Positions 48,353 through 61,784 are shown, counted from the first letter of the whole stretch. The stretch: 63,668 bases of DNA, filler included, from Rhabdomonas costata (GCA_019059605.1; 56 parts of 56 records of this genome joined end to end with filler, not necessarily neighbours in it); one strand, 5' to 3'. Notes: generated by a model not told the origin, from the sequence alone. Made by a program: numbers and translations.

Positions 48353-50381
48353 CTGCAGGATAAAAAAGGAGCAAATTGCTACGTCTCTGCCCCGGCGTGG
48401 AAAACTTCTGTGAACTAATCCACTCCGAAACTGGCCGCTGCGCAAGCCGTACACGAATCAGCCCCCCCCACAAAAAAGTCGAGTGCAGAAGACTAGTGCA
48501 AGTTTATAGTGGGCAAATTTTTTGTCAGAGGCATTTCTGTTGATTTGAACTGATTTTCGGACAACAGCCACTTTTGAGACAGCACCAAAGGAAAGACAGT
48601 TGGGAGCATGGCCGGAGCGTGCAAGAGAGAAAGTTAGAAGGAAATTCCCCGCGGAATGCGTTTTCGAACACGAGGCATATCAGGGGGGGGGTGCATTTCT
48701 GGACTGTTTTCCGAGCTATGAGAGGTTCGATGCATATACGTGCATCTCAGAGATTGGCCTAACTCTTTTGCTTGTCGGACGGAACAAGTCCCAGCGAAGG
48801 GCGACATCTAAGTTGACAGAACAAACAAAGAAAGCTCATCAAGTATTTGCCCAAACAAANNNNNNNNNNNNNNNNNNNNNNNNNNNNNNNNNNNNNNNNN
48901 NNNTTAATTAATTAANNNNNNNNNNNNNNNNNNNNNNNNNNNNNNNNNNNNNNNNNNNNGGGGTGTTTGAATGGTGTGAGAATTCACTGAGTTTGTGGGA
49001 GGCCAATGTTCGAAATGTTCTGAGGACACCTTACTGTCCATCTCCCCGTTTTGATGGTGTGTCGTTAGAGACATGGGTTCGAGAAGAAATCCGACCACTC
49101 CTCCTTTTCCGAGGTTTGCAGTTAAACCACAGGAAATTTGGGTTAAGGGGATTCTTTTGCTTAAGTTAATGAATATCTCTGGGTCTCTTTGTACCCTGTC
49201 CCACGGAGTGCTCCCCCCTTCACCCAATTCCTGTGTCGCCACACCCCATTCCGGTCTTTTCTATTAATTTGACAAAAAATGTCGTTCCCAACCACGGCTA
49301 TGCTTGTCATTCGTCCGTCATCCCCAGCCACGTTTTGTGGGATCTTTCGTCACCTTGGTGTTCAGCAGTAAGGAGCAAAAACAACGCCCCCGTCCCCGTG
49401 GTCGCCCTGCAACCCCTGCAAAACCAATTCGCTTTGGGGACACGTGCATCCCCTCTTCCCTTACACCTGAGCTCCTGAGATCTTGAGCCTTCAAATGTCT
49501 TTTTGCCTCATTCGCGACTTCGCTGAAACCCACCCTGGGGTACGCAACCGTGGTCAACAACCGGGGATCTGTGAAATTCACCAAATTCCCACCCCCACCC
49601 CAGCAGAAAACGCTCTAAGATCTCGAGACATAACCTTCTCGAGACTTGCTTGGGTATTCACCATTCCCTGAAGTGTGGTGATGTTGTTGAGATGTCTCGA
49701 GACATAATTGACCATTTGCCTGCCCCGGGTAGTCTAATTCTCGACCTGTCAACAGGTTCCAACCACGATGGCACAGACTTCTTCTCGCATTGGTCTCCTT
49801 CCTTCCCTGCTCCCTGTGGTTCCGTGAAGTTCCTGATTTTTTCATTCCTCTTTCCTTGCACGTATTTTCTTTTCGTTTCTCATTTTTCCTTTGCTTCTCT
49901 TGGATGCTGACCGTGGCTCCGTCGTCCTCGGACCGCTGCCAGCAGCTTCCCAGCGCCCGCCTGGACACCCAGCGCTCCAGTGCCTCCCACCACCCACCNN
50001 NNNNNNNNNNNNNNNNNNNNNNNNNNNNNNNNNNNNNNNNNNTTAATTAATTAANNNNNNNNNNNNNNNNNNNNNNNNNNNNNNNNNNNNNNNNNNNNGG
50101 GTTTGTGGGCCTCTCTGAGCGTGAGTTCCCCAGCCGTTCACCAATCTTCTTAGGATGGATCTCTCATGCATTCCATAAGAATTTCAAAGAGACTGTAACT
50201 TAATTTGCATGTTCTGTTCTGTGAAAAGAAAGAGGTTTTTGAAACGTCGCGGCACTCGTCACAGCAGTTCAGGCAACAGACACAACGGTCGTACACAAAA
50301 GAGGAACGGAACCGGGCAACGGCAGGGACCACGCTGCTGCTCGTGCTTCACCCCTTTTTTGTTTGGGTCTTTTCTGGTCAG

Positions 50382-50634
50382 GCGCGATTGCTTTGGCTGA
50401 CGTGATCAAAACCACTCTGGGTCCCCGAGGAATGGACAAAATTCTTCAGGTCTTGTTGCCCCTGCAAATTGAAATTCTGGTTGTTAGCATTAGCGAAATC
50501 GTGTGAGCGGTACCGCCTTTGGTTGCGGGTGCAGAGCGACAGTGGAAGGGATCGCGGGATGACGATCACCAACGATGGTGCCACGATTCTGAAGAGCATC
50601 TGGATGGACAACCCGGCAGGGAAGATCCTCATCG
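50382..50634 (+). CDS. CCT2: T-complex protein 1 subunit beta; exons 50382-50449 and 50535-50634
   Basis: GAIALADVIKTTLGPRGMDKILQ|SDSGRDRGMTITNDGATILKSIWMDNPAGKILI. Confidence 0.92.
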
Positions 50635-53529
50635 GTACATATGCTGAGCACGCTGTGTTGGCTTCCTTGGTCTCGTTGATCCCTCTTGTTTTTTTATTTT
50701 TAAGCCGTATGCACCTTGGTGGCTCCAATCCTGCTTTTTCTTAAGTCTCAATCTCCGCTTCTTTCCCCAGTAGGGTATCGACAGCACCCACAACACATAT
50801 ACAAAAATCCAGCCCAGGCAAGGACCGAAGATCCTGGGCCTTTTTCCACTGTACAAATTAGCAAAAGGCCGTAGTTAAGCAACGGAATTAGAGCCCAAAA
50901 TACCACCACTCACCCACGGGTGAGTGCTTTCGTTCATTCGTTCATGCCACCTCCCGATGTCTTTTTTTTCTGTTTGCTGTGTTTATTGTTCATTGTTTGC
51001 ATGTGGACTAATCATTTATCAATTATCATTTATACCATAACTCACTCCTTATTTCGCAGATGGAGTCAAGATAAGCTGAGAAGTGAGTTATGGTATAAAT
51101 GATAATTGATAAATGATTAGTCCACATACAAACAAACNNNNNNNNNNNNNNNNNNNNNNNNNNNNNNNNNNNNNNNNNNNNTTAATTAATTAANNNNNNN
51201 NNNNNNNNNNNNNNNNNNNNNNNNNNNNNNNNNNNNNGTTGGTGGGGGAGGTGTGGGTGTGGGTGGTTGGGTAGCTGGTTGGGTGGCGAGACTTACCGAG
51301 CTGGCTGTGGCGCGGCACAGACCACGAGGCGGTATGCTGCAGAACAAACAGCAAAGAGCGTAGAGCAAGGGAGCAGATTTGCACCAGCTTACCCCACTTT
51401 CTGAAACGCACTCCCCTCCGTTGCCCCATATACACGTACAACTGCGGAGTTACGTTGGTGTCTCATCCCCAAAGACAAAAACGGCCCCAGGGCGGAGTGT
51501 TTTGATCGCTTTCATCATTTCGGTCCAAAGCCGTCAAGACACCGGGCACAGTGGGAATGGCAAATGAGCAATGAAGACAGTGACAGCAAAGGACAAGACA
51601 ACGGACAGTTCCCAGCGCTGAGCAGCTTTCTGCAAGTCTCACATGGCTCAATCTCAGGAAAACGTTCCCACATGACAGGACAAAGGGAAAAAGAGAACCG
51701 GTGACCCCTCTGCCGCTCACACCGCACTGTGGTGGTGGTGGCATGTGGCTCCCCAACAGGCACCGGGAGGGGTGGGGATGAGGGAGCTCGAAAATCATAC
51801 CGGCAGCAGAGTAGGGGTCGTGAACAAACCGCAGTTGCATTGTGAAAATCGAAAACAGAGAGGGACAGAGAACTAACGCGGTAAACAGCTGGTGGCGACA
51901 GGCGGGAACCAGCAAACAAAAAAGCTCTGTAAATGCACGGCGAAGGACGGGAGGCATCGACCGAAACACAAACGGAAATATGACTTTTGGTATTGGGTGC
52001 GGGTAAGCGGGTGGTGAGGATAAAATGAGCCCTGCCTTTCCACAGCGAAGGGTTAGGGGTTGGTTGGCCCCGAAAGGAGTAGTGAGCTCTTCCAGAGCGA
52101 AAAAGGGTCGTAGCAGTTGTTCTCTCACTTTTTTTTTACAGAGCCTGCCTGCCCACACGAAGGAAAACGCCCCGGGACAGCAATAGGCACTGTCCCAACA
52201 GTACAAATAATGGGACAGCAAAGGAGTCCAAACGCACGTCTCCTAGTTGACCGGTAGGAAGGGGCCCCACAAAACANNNNNNNNNNNNNNNNNNNNNNNN
52301 NNNNNNNNNNNNNNNNNNNNTTAATTAATTAANNNNNNNNNNNNNNNNNNNNNNNNNNNNNNNNNNNNNNNNNNNNTTTTGGTTGGCTCCTAATGATGCT
52401 GTACACTTCTGACGAATCCTCCATGCTGTTCTCACAGCGGACTTTTCATTCGACACAGTTATTTCTAGAACAGCATGGAGGATTCGTCAGAAGTGTACAG
52501 CATCATTAGGAGCTAACCAAAACAATTTTGATCGTTCTGTCCAAATCCAGTGCGCTGCAGCGGCCGAGTAAGAGCCGGATCGGCAATCGTCGACTCGTCA
52601 GCTGTGAAAACCGACCTTCCACAAAAGGATCAGCTCCTTCAGGGGTACAGAACATGGCAAGACAAACAGCACAGCACAGGGCACAAGGTACGTACTGGTT
52701 GGCAAGATGTGAAAGAAACATGAACTCGGCAGAATCTACGTACGAAGTGGAATTGCCCCCCTTTCCTTCTCAGCTGTTCACCGCCTGCGGAGTGATTGTT
52801 ATCCGCCTTCACCTACCGCCGCCTCAGACCACGTCGAGTCTGATGACGCGGTGTGGCGCCACGAGACAGGGGACGGGACGGGGGGAAGGGAAGCGGGCGC
52901 ATCCATCGCGCTCACGTCAGGCGGGAATGGGCACATTCCCGCTGGGCAATCCACGAAGCATCCACACTCTCTCAAATGTATGCGTGTTTATGCGCACGCG
53001 CGCGAGTGAGTACTGGAACATACAGATGAGCGGTGAGCGGTATGCTCATCATTTGGACACAAACATTTCTTACAGTGGGGCAGTCATACCCCGGAGCGCC
53101 TACCCACTCCCGCGGCATTCCCCCTTGCAGCGCACCTCTCTCACCCAGCCTGTCAATCGACGTCGCGCGCGGAAGGTAACCCACATGCACGTGCACGAAG
53201 GGTACAGAAGCCCTGGTGAAGAGAGAAGGTCTCAAGGATTGCCCCCCACAGGGCACAGGAACGCGTGGGGATGGGAAAGGGCACTGTAAGAAATGCAACA
53301 ATGGCAAGACAAAAGCAATATAGCGCAGGCAAAAGGGGGACTTGATGAGGACAGAAAAGAGAGAAACAAGCAGCGAAACAAAACAGGAGGGCGCAAGAAT
53401 TGGGGAACAACACAANNNNNNNNNNNNNNNNNNNNNNNNNNNNNNNNNNNNNNNNNNNNTTAATTAATTAANNNNNNNNNNNNNNNNNNNNNNNNNNNNN
53501 NNNNNNNNNNNNNNNTTTTTGGGTATCAG

Positions 53530-54437
53530 CCTTGCAGGAGCGTCTCGTTGCAGAGCAGTTCGCCAGGGATGACCCCGCACGCCTTCGCCAGCCTTTGCAC
53601 CAGCGGGTACCGCTCGGGATGCACCGCGGTGGCGTCCAAAGGATTGGCCCCGCCATGCACCCGAAGGAACCCTGCGGCCTGCTCGAAGGTCTTCCGCCCG
53701 ACATGCTTCACCTTCCGCAGCTGTGCGCAGGGAGTGCGGGAAGGGCTTGCTGTCACGGGCAATTAACAGTCCTTTAATTTTGGTAAACGCGGTGAGAACA
53801 CTGTAGGGAAGCCGTGCGTCAGTGAGCGCGGGTGTGGAAGTAAAACTAATTAAATCTTCACACAGTGGTGTGGTGTAGGACCCTGTGATGTTCATTACCA
53901 CCATGTTGGTGCTCCAGTGTTCCAGGTGAGCATACTAAGCAGAAATCAGCGTCGACCAGAGAACTCGCTTTGCAGGGTTGCCCTGTAGTGGGTTTTAGAT
54001 TCACTCAGTGTTGGCATCCTCCTTGATAAGTTTTTTTCTGTCCTTCTGTATAACTCATTCCTGTCATGAGTGCTTATTTTTCTGTGGTGGTTGCTCTTTC
54101 ATCTCACCCGATATATTCTGTGTTTACTGTGAGGGTGGGTGGGAGAGAGAAGGAATCTTCAGATGGACGAAGCAAAATCAGCCAAAACAACAATTGGCCA
54201 CTGTATTGCAACCGCCTGACACCAACCACTTGAGTCCACGTGACTGTGTTTCCGTGCGGAAGCAGGTGGATGGGCAAGAACAGCTACGGGAAGTGAGGAA
54301 ACTAGACCAGGAAAGAAAAGAAAGGCACATGAGGTGAGCACAATCCCAGCACCTCGTCCCTGGAGGGGAAAGGACCGTTCTGGTCCCTGTGCTCCACAAT
54401 GCTTCGGGCGCGGAGCGCGTTGAGCCCTCCCACAAAC
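53530..54437 (-). CDS. Tex/SRBD1-family protein, HhH region; exons 54437-54353 and 53720-~53530
   Basis: Spliced product FVGGLNALRARSIVEHRDQNGPFPSRDE|LRKVKHVGRKTFEQAAGFLRV..NPLDATAVHPERY. Confidence 0.9.
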
Positions 54438-54890
54438 CTGAGACCCCCCACATAAATTCCTGAGCAGATCGGTTTGCGAGGGTCGAAAAACAGAGACATA
54501 GTTTCTCTCCCTGGGTTAAGGTGTGCAAGGAGGGGGGGGGACTTCCACAATTTCNNNNNNNNNNNNNNNNNNNNNNNNNNNNNNNNNNNNNNNNNNNNTT
54601 AATTAATTAANNNNNNNNNNNNNNNNNNNNNNNNNNNNNNNNNNNNNNNNNNNNGTTTGTGTTGAACGAGGAAGTACTAATAAACGCAGAGCAGAGGTCT
54701 GCAGTTCCTCACAGAACAATCTCAGTCACCCGTCCAGTGAGGAACTGCAGACCTCCGCTCTGCGTTTATTAGTACTTCCTCGTTCAACAGAAATCCACGG
54801 ACAAATACCGCCCCCCTGAAGTGAAAAAAAAAGGGGGGGGGCGGTTAACGTCCTGTCGTAGCCACAACCGGGGTGAGTGGTAGGGCATAC

Positions 54891-55469
54891 TGCGTGCACT
54901 GGTCGTTGGTGGTGGAGACGAAGGCCGCGGAGGAGCCGATCTGGTGCAGCAGGTCCCCCCCGTGATGGATGGCCAAGCCCACGAACATCGTCTTCGGCTG
55001 GTTCAGCGCCACCTGCAAATCCATGCAAGGGGTGCCAAGGGAAAACAGAAAGGCGCCAGGAGACCAAGTAATCACGTAAAATCATGACTTGAGAATTTGC
55101 GGCTCCCCATGATCAACCGGTCCAACGGGCATCGAAAGGAGCATCACGAGGCTAAACGAAGAAAAAAGGAGAAAGCCCAACGTCACTCTAACTCCACGTC
55201 CCATGTAATATTCCGTTGGTGGACAGCGGGTGCATCGGTTGATGACGCTAAGGCCCCGCTGCAGTGCAGAGCACAACCCCCCACAGCGCGCCGCCAGCCT
55301 TCACGTTCATCTGCAGCAGGATCTTGTTTGCCTTCTGCAGCACCCGCGCGGGCTCGCCCACCAGTGTGCTGTGCTGCACGAACTGACTGGGCACCCCAAC
55401 GGTGCAGGTCAGGAATTGCTTCAGCTCGATGTAGGGCACGTCCCGCTGCCTCACCACCACCATGATGAA
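54891..55469 (-). CDS. Piwi/Argonaute MID-PIWI region; exons 55469-55278 and 55012-54891
   Basis: YIELKQ..VGVPSQFV..KILLQMNVKAGGALWG|VALNQPKTMFVGLAIHHG..SSAAFVST. Confidence 0.9.
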
Positions 55470-55805
55470 CTGGGGAGGGGGCTTCATACTGGGGATCTAA
55501 CGAGCAAAGCAGTCAACGATAAGCTCCCTTCAGATAAAGCCTGCACATCAACGAGCCGAGCGGGTGCAGTCAACTGCTCCCTTGATGAGCAACACATTCC
55601 ACGAGTTCGGTCCTTCGCATCAATCCAAGTCTTCTTTATGACTCGAAAGCAAGGTTGCCACTACGTCTGGCCACATTATTTCACCCAAAACAANNNNNNN
55701 NNNNNNNNNNNNNNNNNNNNNNNNNNNNNNNNNNNNNTTAATTAATTAANNNNNNNNNNNNNNNNNNNNNNNNNNNNNNNNNNNNNNNNNNNNGTGGTTT
55801 GTGAG

Positions 55806-56649
55806 CTACCTGCCAGGTTTTGCATTCTTGGCTCCTGGCTCTATTTTATAGGGTTATGTGTGTCTCAGTTTGTTTCCGCCAGCAGCCGATATCCGATGGA
55901 CTCTTTTGTCCCAGCCACTTCTGAGAAAACCGAAAACGACACAGGAATGCAGTTTTCGGAAGTTTCTGCACTCCGGACGGTAAAAAAGCCGCGTCTATTG
56001 TAAGCATTGCTAGCAGATCAAAAAATGGACAAATACAGAAAACGTCAGATGAGGCAAAAAATATCGGTCCAGCAGCCCGTTCTGGATTGCCGGTAGTGCA
56101 GAAGAGCTCGGGTTTTCCCCGTTAGCAAGCACCGACGCATGTGTGATCAGTACTAAAAGAAATAAGGAGCAGAAGTTTAAAAAGCCCACTGAAAGATTGA
56201 GGAAACAATCTGCGGCTATGGACTCTTTTGTCCCCCCGCCCTCCGTTAATCACTTTTGCGTAACGGCGCTATTAATGCCATGAATAATGCTCGCTATTCA
56301 GCCATGCACATAGAAGTGTTTTCAATCACCTTTCTCCTCTACCATCTCACAGGAGCCTTTCGCAGGCAAAACATAGCTAAAGAGAGAGCAACCTGACACA
56401 AGCGCATGATAAATTGTACCCAGCACCAGGCGTAAACCGCTTACATGCAATCACGGAACCCCGTTGGGTGCCAAATAGGTCCGTTCCAAAATTTTTGCTT
56501 CTCGCAAATGGCGTTTGCTATTTACAGGGGTGAATAGCTGGGGGGACAAAAGAGTCCATCGGATATCGGCTGCTGGCAGAAACGAACTGAGACACACATA
56601 ACCCTATAAAATAGATCCAGGAGCCAAGAGTGCAAAACCTGGCAGGTAG
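55806..56649. repeat. Diverged ~107-bp inverted repeat pair with a third partial copy at 56218-56237
   Basis: 55806-55912 matches the reverse complement of 56543-56649 with four substitutions. Confidence 0.85.
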
Positions 56650-59600
56650 ATCAAAAAGTAACACCTCAACTTCGCTGCACAAAAGTGTGGTCAGAACATC
56701 CACAGCAGCCAGCTGAAAAAAGACAATGCCAAGATGCCAATCACCACGGCTACAGCACTCTAAAATAACGCTGTCCATGTGCCAAAGAATTCAGACAAAG
56801 CAGAACATCCATCCCACCAAACCCCAAAAACANNNNNNNNNNNNNNNNNNNNNNNNNNNNNNNNNNNNNNNNNNNNTTAATTAATTAANNNNNNNNNNNN
56901 NNNNNNNNNNNNNNNNNNNNNNNNNNNNNNNNGTTGGGTGGTTAAAGAACTCTTCTCCTCCAGAGCGCTGGCTTCTTGCTGAAGGAGAAGAGTTCTTTAA
57001 CTCCCTACCAATATCATCTGGATAGGCAAACTGATCGAATACTCTCCACTCCCTCTGATTTACAATCCATCTTCCACTCTTTCGAAACTGTTCTCTTCGC
57101 TGACAACACTTTTTCTTCTCCATGTATCGCGTCTGCGCTTTCTCCGCGTTATCGGCCTCTTTCAATGGCTCTCCCTCCCATCTTTTAAATTGTCCATATT
57201 TCTTGCCACTATATATCACCTTGTAAAGAGGAAAACGCTTCCTCGTTGCTTTCCACTTCCACTTTGGCCTCCATTGCTCAAGTGCTTTATCCTCGTGCAC
57301 CTCACTTCGTTTTTTTACTTCTCCTCCATATCCACTTTCCTTGCCACCCATATTTGTCGACGACGCCCACGATCCTCCTTCCTCCTTTCTTTTGCATTGG
57401 CACAAACCAGCACTCTCGTGTGCTGACCTCAGTTGTGGCGAAGAGATTGTTCAAAAGCCAAAACAAGACCGATATCTATATTTTCTACTGTATACGACAC
57501 GCTGGCCTGCAGAATTTTAGTCAGCTGTGCCTCATAACGGACTCCACTGCCGCGTATCACGCCACATTAAGTAGCCGCGCTTCCACTAGTCTCCCTGTCT
57601 TCCTTCGTCTCCTGCGCAGAATCTGACGCACGACTCACCAGCTGAGGCTCTCAAGCGCCCCACACCCTTGCACCAAAATGCCGCTGACTTTGCCTCTAGT
57701 TTGCACCAGCTACATCCAACTTTCGTGTGGTTGGGTTTGTGCGACATCTCAGCTCTCACTAAACCATTCCGCCACTCCGCTGTCATGGCAGCGTTCTTCT
57801 CACAAACACACTTTTTAGTAAGTTTGGTTTTTGGTTGTGAAATTGAAAACAGTTGTGTACGTTTCATCCAGTTGCCTTCTTCTGGGCCCGTAAAACAAAA
57901 GTTTCCGAAGGAAACTGACGTTTTCACGATGTACATTCTTTCTCATCACGTTCCTAGACATTATTTTTCTTNNNNNNNNNNNNNNNNNNNNNNNNNNNNN
58001 NNNNNNNNNNNNNNNTTAATTAATTAANNNNNNNNNNNNNNNNNNNNNNNNNNNNNNNNNNNNNNNNNNNNGGTTGGTGGGTTCGTTGTACCCCTTCCTC
58101 GGCCCCGACCGTGGCTCCACCCGCAGCAGCAACAGTGGCAGCGGTAGCGGGAGCTGCGCGCACAGCCTTAGCAGCGGTAAGACGTCCTCTGCTGGACCTT
58201 CTCCCATCGCACCACAAATGGATGGCTGTGGTCCTTCTCTTGCTGTGCGCGGGAAACCCGGGCTATCTACTCAGCCACAGCCAGGTTCGTTCCTCACGAG
58301 ATGAGTGCTCTATTGGACGAGTCTTCCCCAGAAAAAAGTAACACTGGCCAGTGCACGAATTATGTGTGTGTGTGACCAAACAGGTTTTCTGGTGGTCGAT
58401 ATTGTGTCCCTCTCCTTGTAATGCGACAGGGCAACGTGAATTGATGCTCACTAGCTTGTTTGTTTTTTTGTGTTCTGCCAGTTTTGTTTGTGTGCAACTT
58501 GACATTCAACGGACAGGCGCTGTGCCTTGTATTTTTCCCCTGGCATCTGCTGGTAACGAACGGGCTTTGTTGCCCCTGCATTTTATTTTGTGTTTTCGTG
58601 TGCCCGTGCACCTGTATGGTGGCTCATTTTTAGTGTTTGGCGTCATGGTTCTCCCTCGTTTGCTTGTGTCGTGCTCAGCAACCATTGACCTTGGCGGTGC
58701 ATCGGAACTCGTGCAGCCGCCCATATACACAGCCAGTCATCCCCTCCACGCCGATTTACCAAGGCTTCCCTCGCCCGAGGACCATGACAGGCTCAGGAGT
58801 GCTTCTGCTTGTGCTCCAGCTGCCGTGGCAGAGGTCGTCCCTAGCGGCTCCTCTCTGCCGCTCTTCCCTGCGACAGCTGCTGAGCCTCTCGGGGCGTACT
58901 GGGTCACTGGTAGGGCGGAAGACGGGGACAGCATGCGCGCCCTCAACCCCACGAGTGTCTCCTCGGTCAGCAGCAAGGCCAGTGAGGTAGCTTGTCAGGA
59001 TGAAAAGTGCCTGTGTGTGGCTGTTTTTTATGATAAATTTGCGTTGGTGAATTGATTGCAGTTGGCGCTAGTGCATTTATGCCCCCCCCGTCTTCCGCCC
59101 TACCAACCACNNNNNNNNNNNNNNNNNNNNNNNNNNNNNNNNNNNNNNNNNNNNTTAATTAATTAANNNNNNNNNNNNNNNNNNNNNNNNNNNNNNNNNN
59201 NNNNNNNNNNAACCAGGCGACCGAGGGTCCAACCCCACGAAGCTCCGAACCATAGCCGACCCGACCCGACCCCTTGAAGGCTAACGATCCTACACCCGAA
59301 GTGCGCCTAAGCGCCGAGATTCGACCCCCGCGACCCAGGAAGAAGGGAGAAGCCAGCAGAGGACACAGTGGGCCACACAAGCGTAGCGCCACGCACGCAG
59401 CAAGACCGAAAGCGCACAAGATAGATGGTGCACTAACCATGGCTCCCTTTTTGGTTGTTTCAATCGGCCCGCTCTTTGTGGTGTTTTCATCCGCCCGTAA
59501 CATCGAGAAATATGGAAAGGTTACAACACCCACTGCTTTCGAGGAGGCTTGCCATTGGACCCGTCGGAAGCTTTTTGAGCAGCGCAGTGGGGCATAGGTC

Positions 59601-60351
59601 GTTTGGGACGCTTCCCATTCAAGTTTTTCATCTGACAGAAAAGCCTACCGAAACGGTAAAAAAAGGTTCTCAAACCCACGAAGACTGAAGCACGCCAAAA
59701 AGCATTGGAGAGCCCACGACCAGCGCTGCAGGCGGTGCTGCATGAAGTCCAAAGCGATGGGTGGTGGAGGCCCAGCGGAGGAAAAAGAAGAAGCGCAAGG
59801 CACACAAGTCACGGCAAAACAAAACATGCAACTACGGAGACGCAGACAGATGGGATAAGAGAAAAGCAAAACGACCACCGGGGGAAACACCAGGATCACA
59901 CAGCACACCCTACACCCTAGAGCCTGCCCATCCTTTTCCATTCCTCACCTTAATGTACAACCCCGAGCGTGGCTCCCACCCAATATACAGCGGCCCCGGG
60001 GACACAGCAATTCCTCGATTCTATTCTAATACACAAAAGGAGACAACAGGCAGTGGAGAAAAAGAGCAAGAAGGAATGATGGCGCAAAGTTTTGAAGTGA
60101 AAAAAGGCGTTGGCAGATGCAGAGGGAAGGACAGCAAACACCGACGAATCGAGAGAGCGAAAGGCACAGAGAGGCAGGCGGAAAGCGGAGAAGGATAGAA
60201 GAGATGGGGTAGCACGGCACGGCAAAAAAACCCATTGAGAAAATTGACGGCNNNNNNNNNNNNNNNNNNNNNNNNNNNNNNNNNNNNNNNNNNNNTTAAT
60301 TAATTAANNNNNNNNNNNNNNNNNNNNNNNNNNNNNNNNNNNNNNNNNNNN

Positions 60352-61197
60352 GTTTTTTGGTCTCTCGGTTCTCCTTCGACGTCTCCGCGCCGGTGGTAAG
60401 GAGCCTTTCGGGATGGCTCTCGTGCACGGCAATGGTGGAGGACGGGGACTGTGCCCGTCGGGACGCCGTGTCAAACATGCTGAGGTACGTTGGGGCCAGT
60501 GTGCTCACCCGAGGTGACCCTGAGGTCGTCCCGGATGTGGTGTTTGCCATCCCAGAGCTGCTGGACACCAAACGAGTGTTGCAGTGGAGGCAGCGGGGAA
60601 GTGCGGTCTGCCTCCTTGTCCCTCACTCTCAGCCCAGCAAAAATATCAGTGGGGGAAATTCAAAGATGCTCAGGTCTCCAGTGGACGTTGCGGAGCTGCG
60701 GGCATGCCTGAAGGCCCTTGCCCTGCCACCGGGCGCTGCGACACCCTCCTCAGGCTACATTCCTGCCGCGGCGTCGGACAGCAAAGCTGAACCTCGAGTT
60801 TTGCTCGCCGAGGACAACAAAGTCAACCACACGCTGCTTCTCAGGTACAGTGCCGGTGTTATCTGGCTTGTCTTGCGGAGATTTTCTCGCTGCTATAGAA
60901 GGATAGTTGCCTGTTTCCACACCAGGAACGCGTTATTTTTGGTTATGGTTTTTCTCCTTTTCCTTTGGCTTGCTTTCTGTGTTTCTGTGGAGGAACTGGT
61001 TAAACATTGGCAGTTCAGGTTTTGTTCGCGTGATCCCCACGCATGTTGAACTCGTTCGAAAGCGCGTGGCCTTTTTTCCAGCCAGATATTTTTCTCTTCC
61101 CCCGCTGGTTTGATAGGCAGCTCACCGACATGGGAGTGACCAACATCGACAGCGCGTACAACGGCTTGGAAGCCGTGGAGTTCACCCAGCGCCGCAG
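60352..61197 (+). CDS. Hybrid histidine-kinase-type protein, receiver domain; exons 60352-60844 and 61117-61197
   Basis: PRVLLAEDNKVNHTLLLR|QLTDMGVTNIDSAYNGLEAVE, preceded by a degenerate receiver ending in PV...L. Confidence 0.85.
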
Positions 61198-61647
61198 GTG
61201 TCTGCGGGGGGGGGGTGACGGGAGTGCCGAAAGACGAGATTCCTAACTACCATTTTGGGTGATCTTTGTTCCAGCTACATCCATCTTCTGCTGTTGTGCT
61301 GCGGTTAAGACACGATGAGATTACAATGGGCGCCCGGCCTTGGGCTTGACTTTGTCCCTATTGCCTCCTCGTGCATATACACCCCCCACANNNNNNNNNN
61401 NNNNNNNNNNNNNNNNNNNNNNNNNNNNNNNNNNTTAATTAATTAANNNNNNNNNNNNNNNNNNNNNNNNNNNNNNNNNNNNNNNNNNNNGTGTTTTTTT
61501 GATCTCGTCAACTTGCTTTTATCAACTTACTTTCTCAACAAAAAAATGATCCAACTCCACGTTCCAGTACCGAAAGCCTTTTTTGTTAATCTGATAAACC
61601 CAGATAAACCCAGTGTTAAAACCTCAAATTTGCACACTGCTGTCAGC

Positions 61648-61784
61648 GAAGGGTACCTGCATGCACAGGAGGGTGCCCAGCACGTAAAAGGTGCAGTAAG
61701 CCACGTAAAGCCGATGAGTATAGCGCCCCATTACAAGGAAAGTGAGGACGTACACGGGGAGAAGATTGATGATGAAAATGTAAC
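61648..61784 (-). CDS. STT3: Oligosaccharyltransferase catalytic subunit exon
   Basis: GYIFIINLLPVYVL..MGRYTHRLYVAYCTFYVLGTLLCMQVPF. Confidence 0.92.

Noticed and set aside
52403-52500. Other CTGANGA sites (e.g. ~52409, ~40424, ~52840) as hammerheads
   Set aside because: None has a correctly placed GAAA and flanking stems.
53516-55693. Tex next to Piwi (and any other cross-spacer adjacency) as a functional gene cluster
   Set aside because: The genes lie on separate contigs of near-identical size joined artificially, so adjacency is meaningless.
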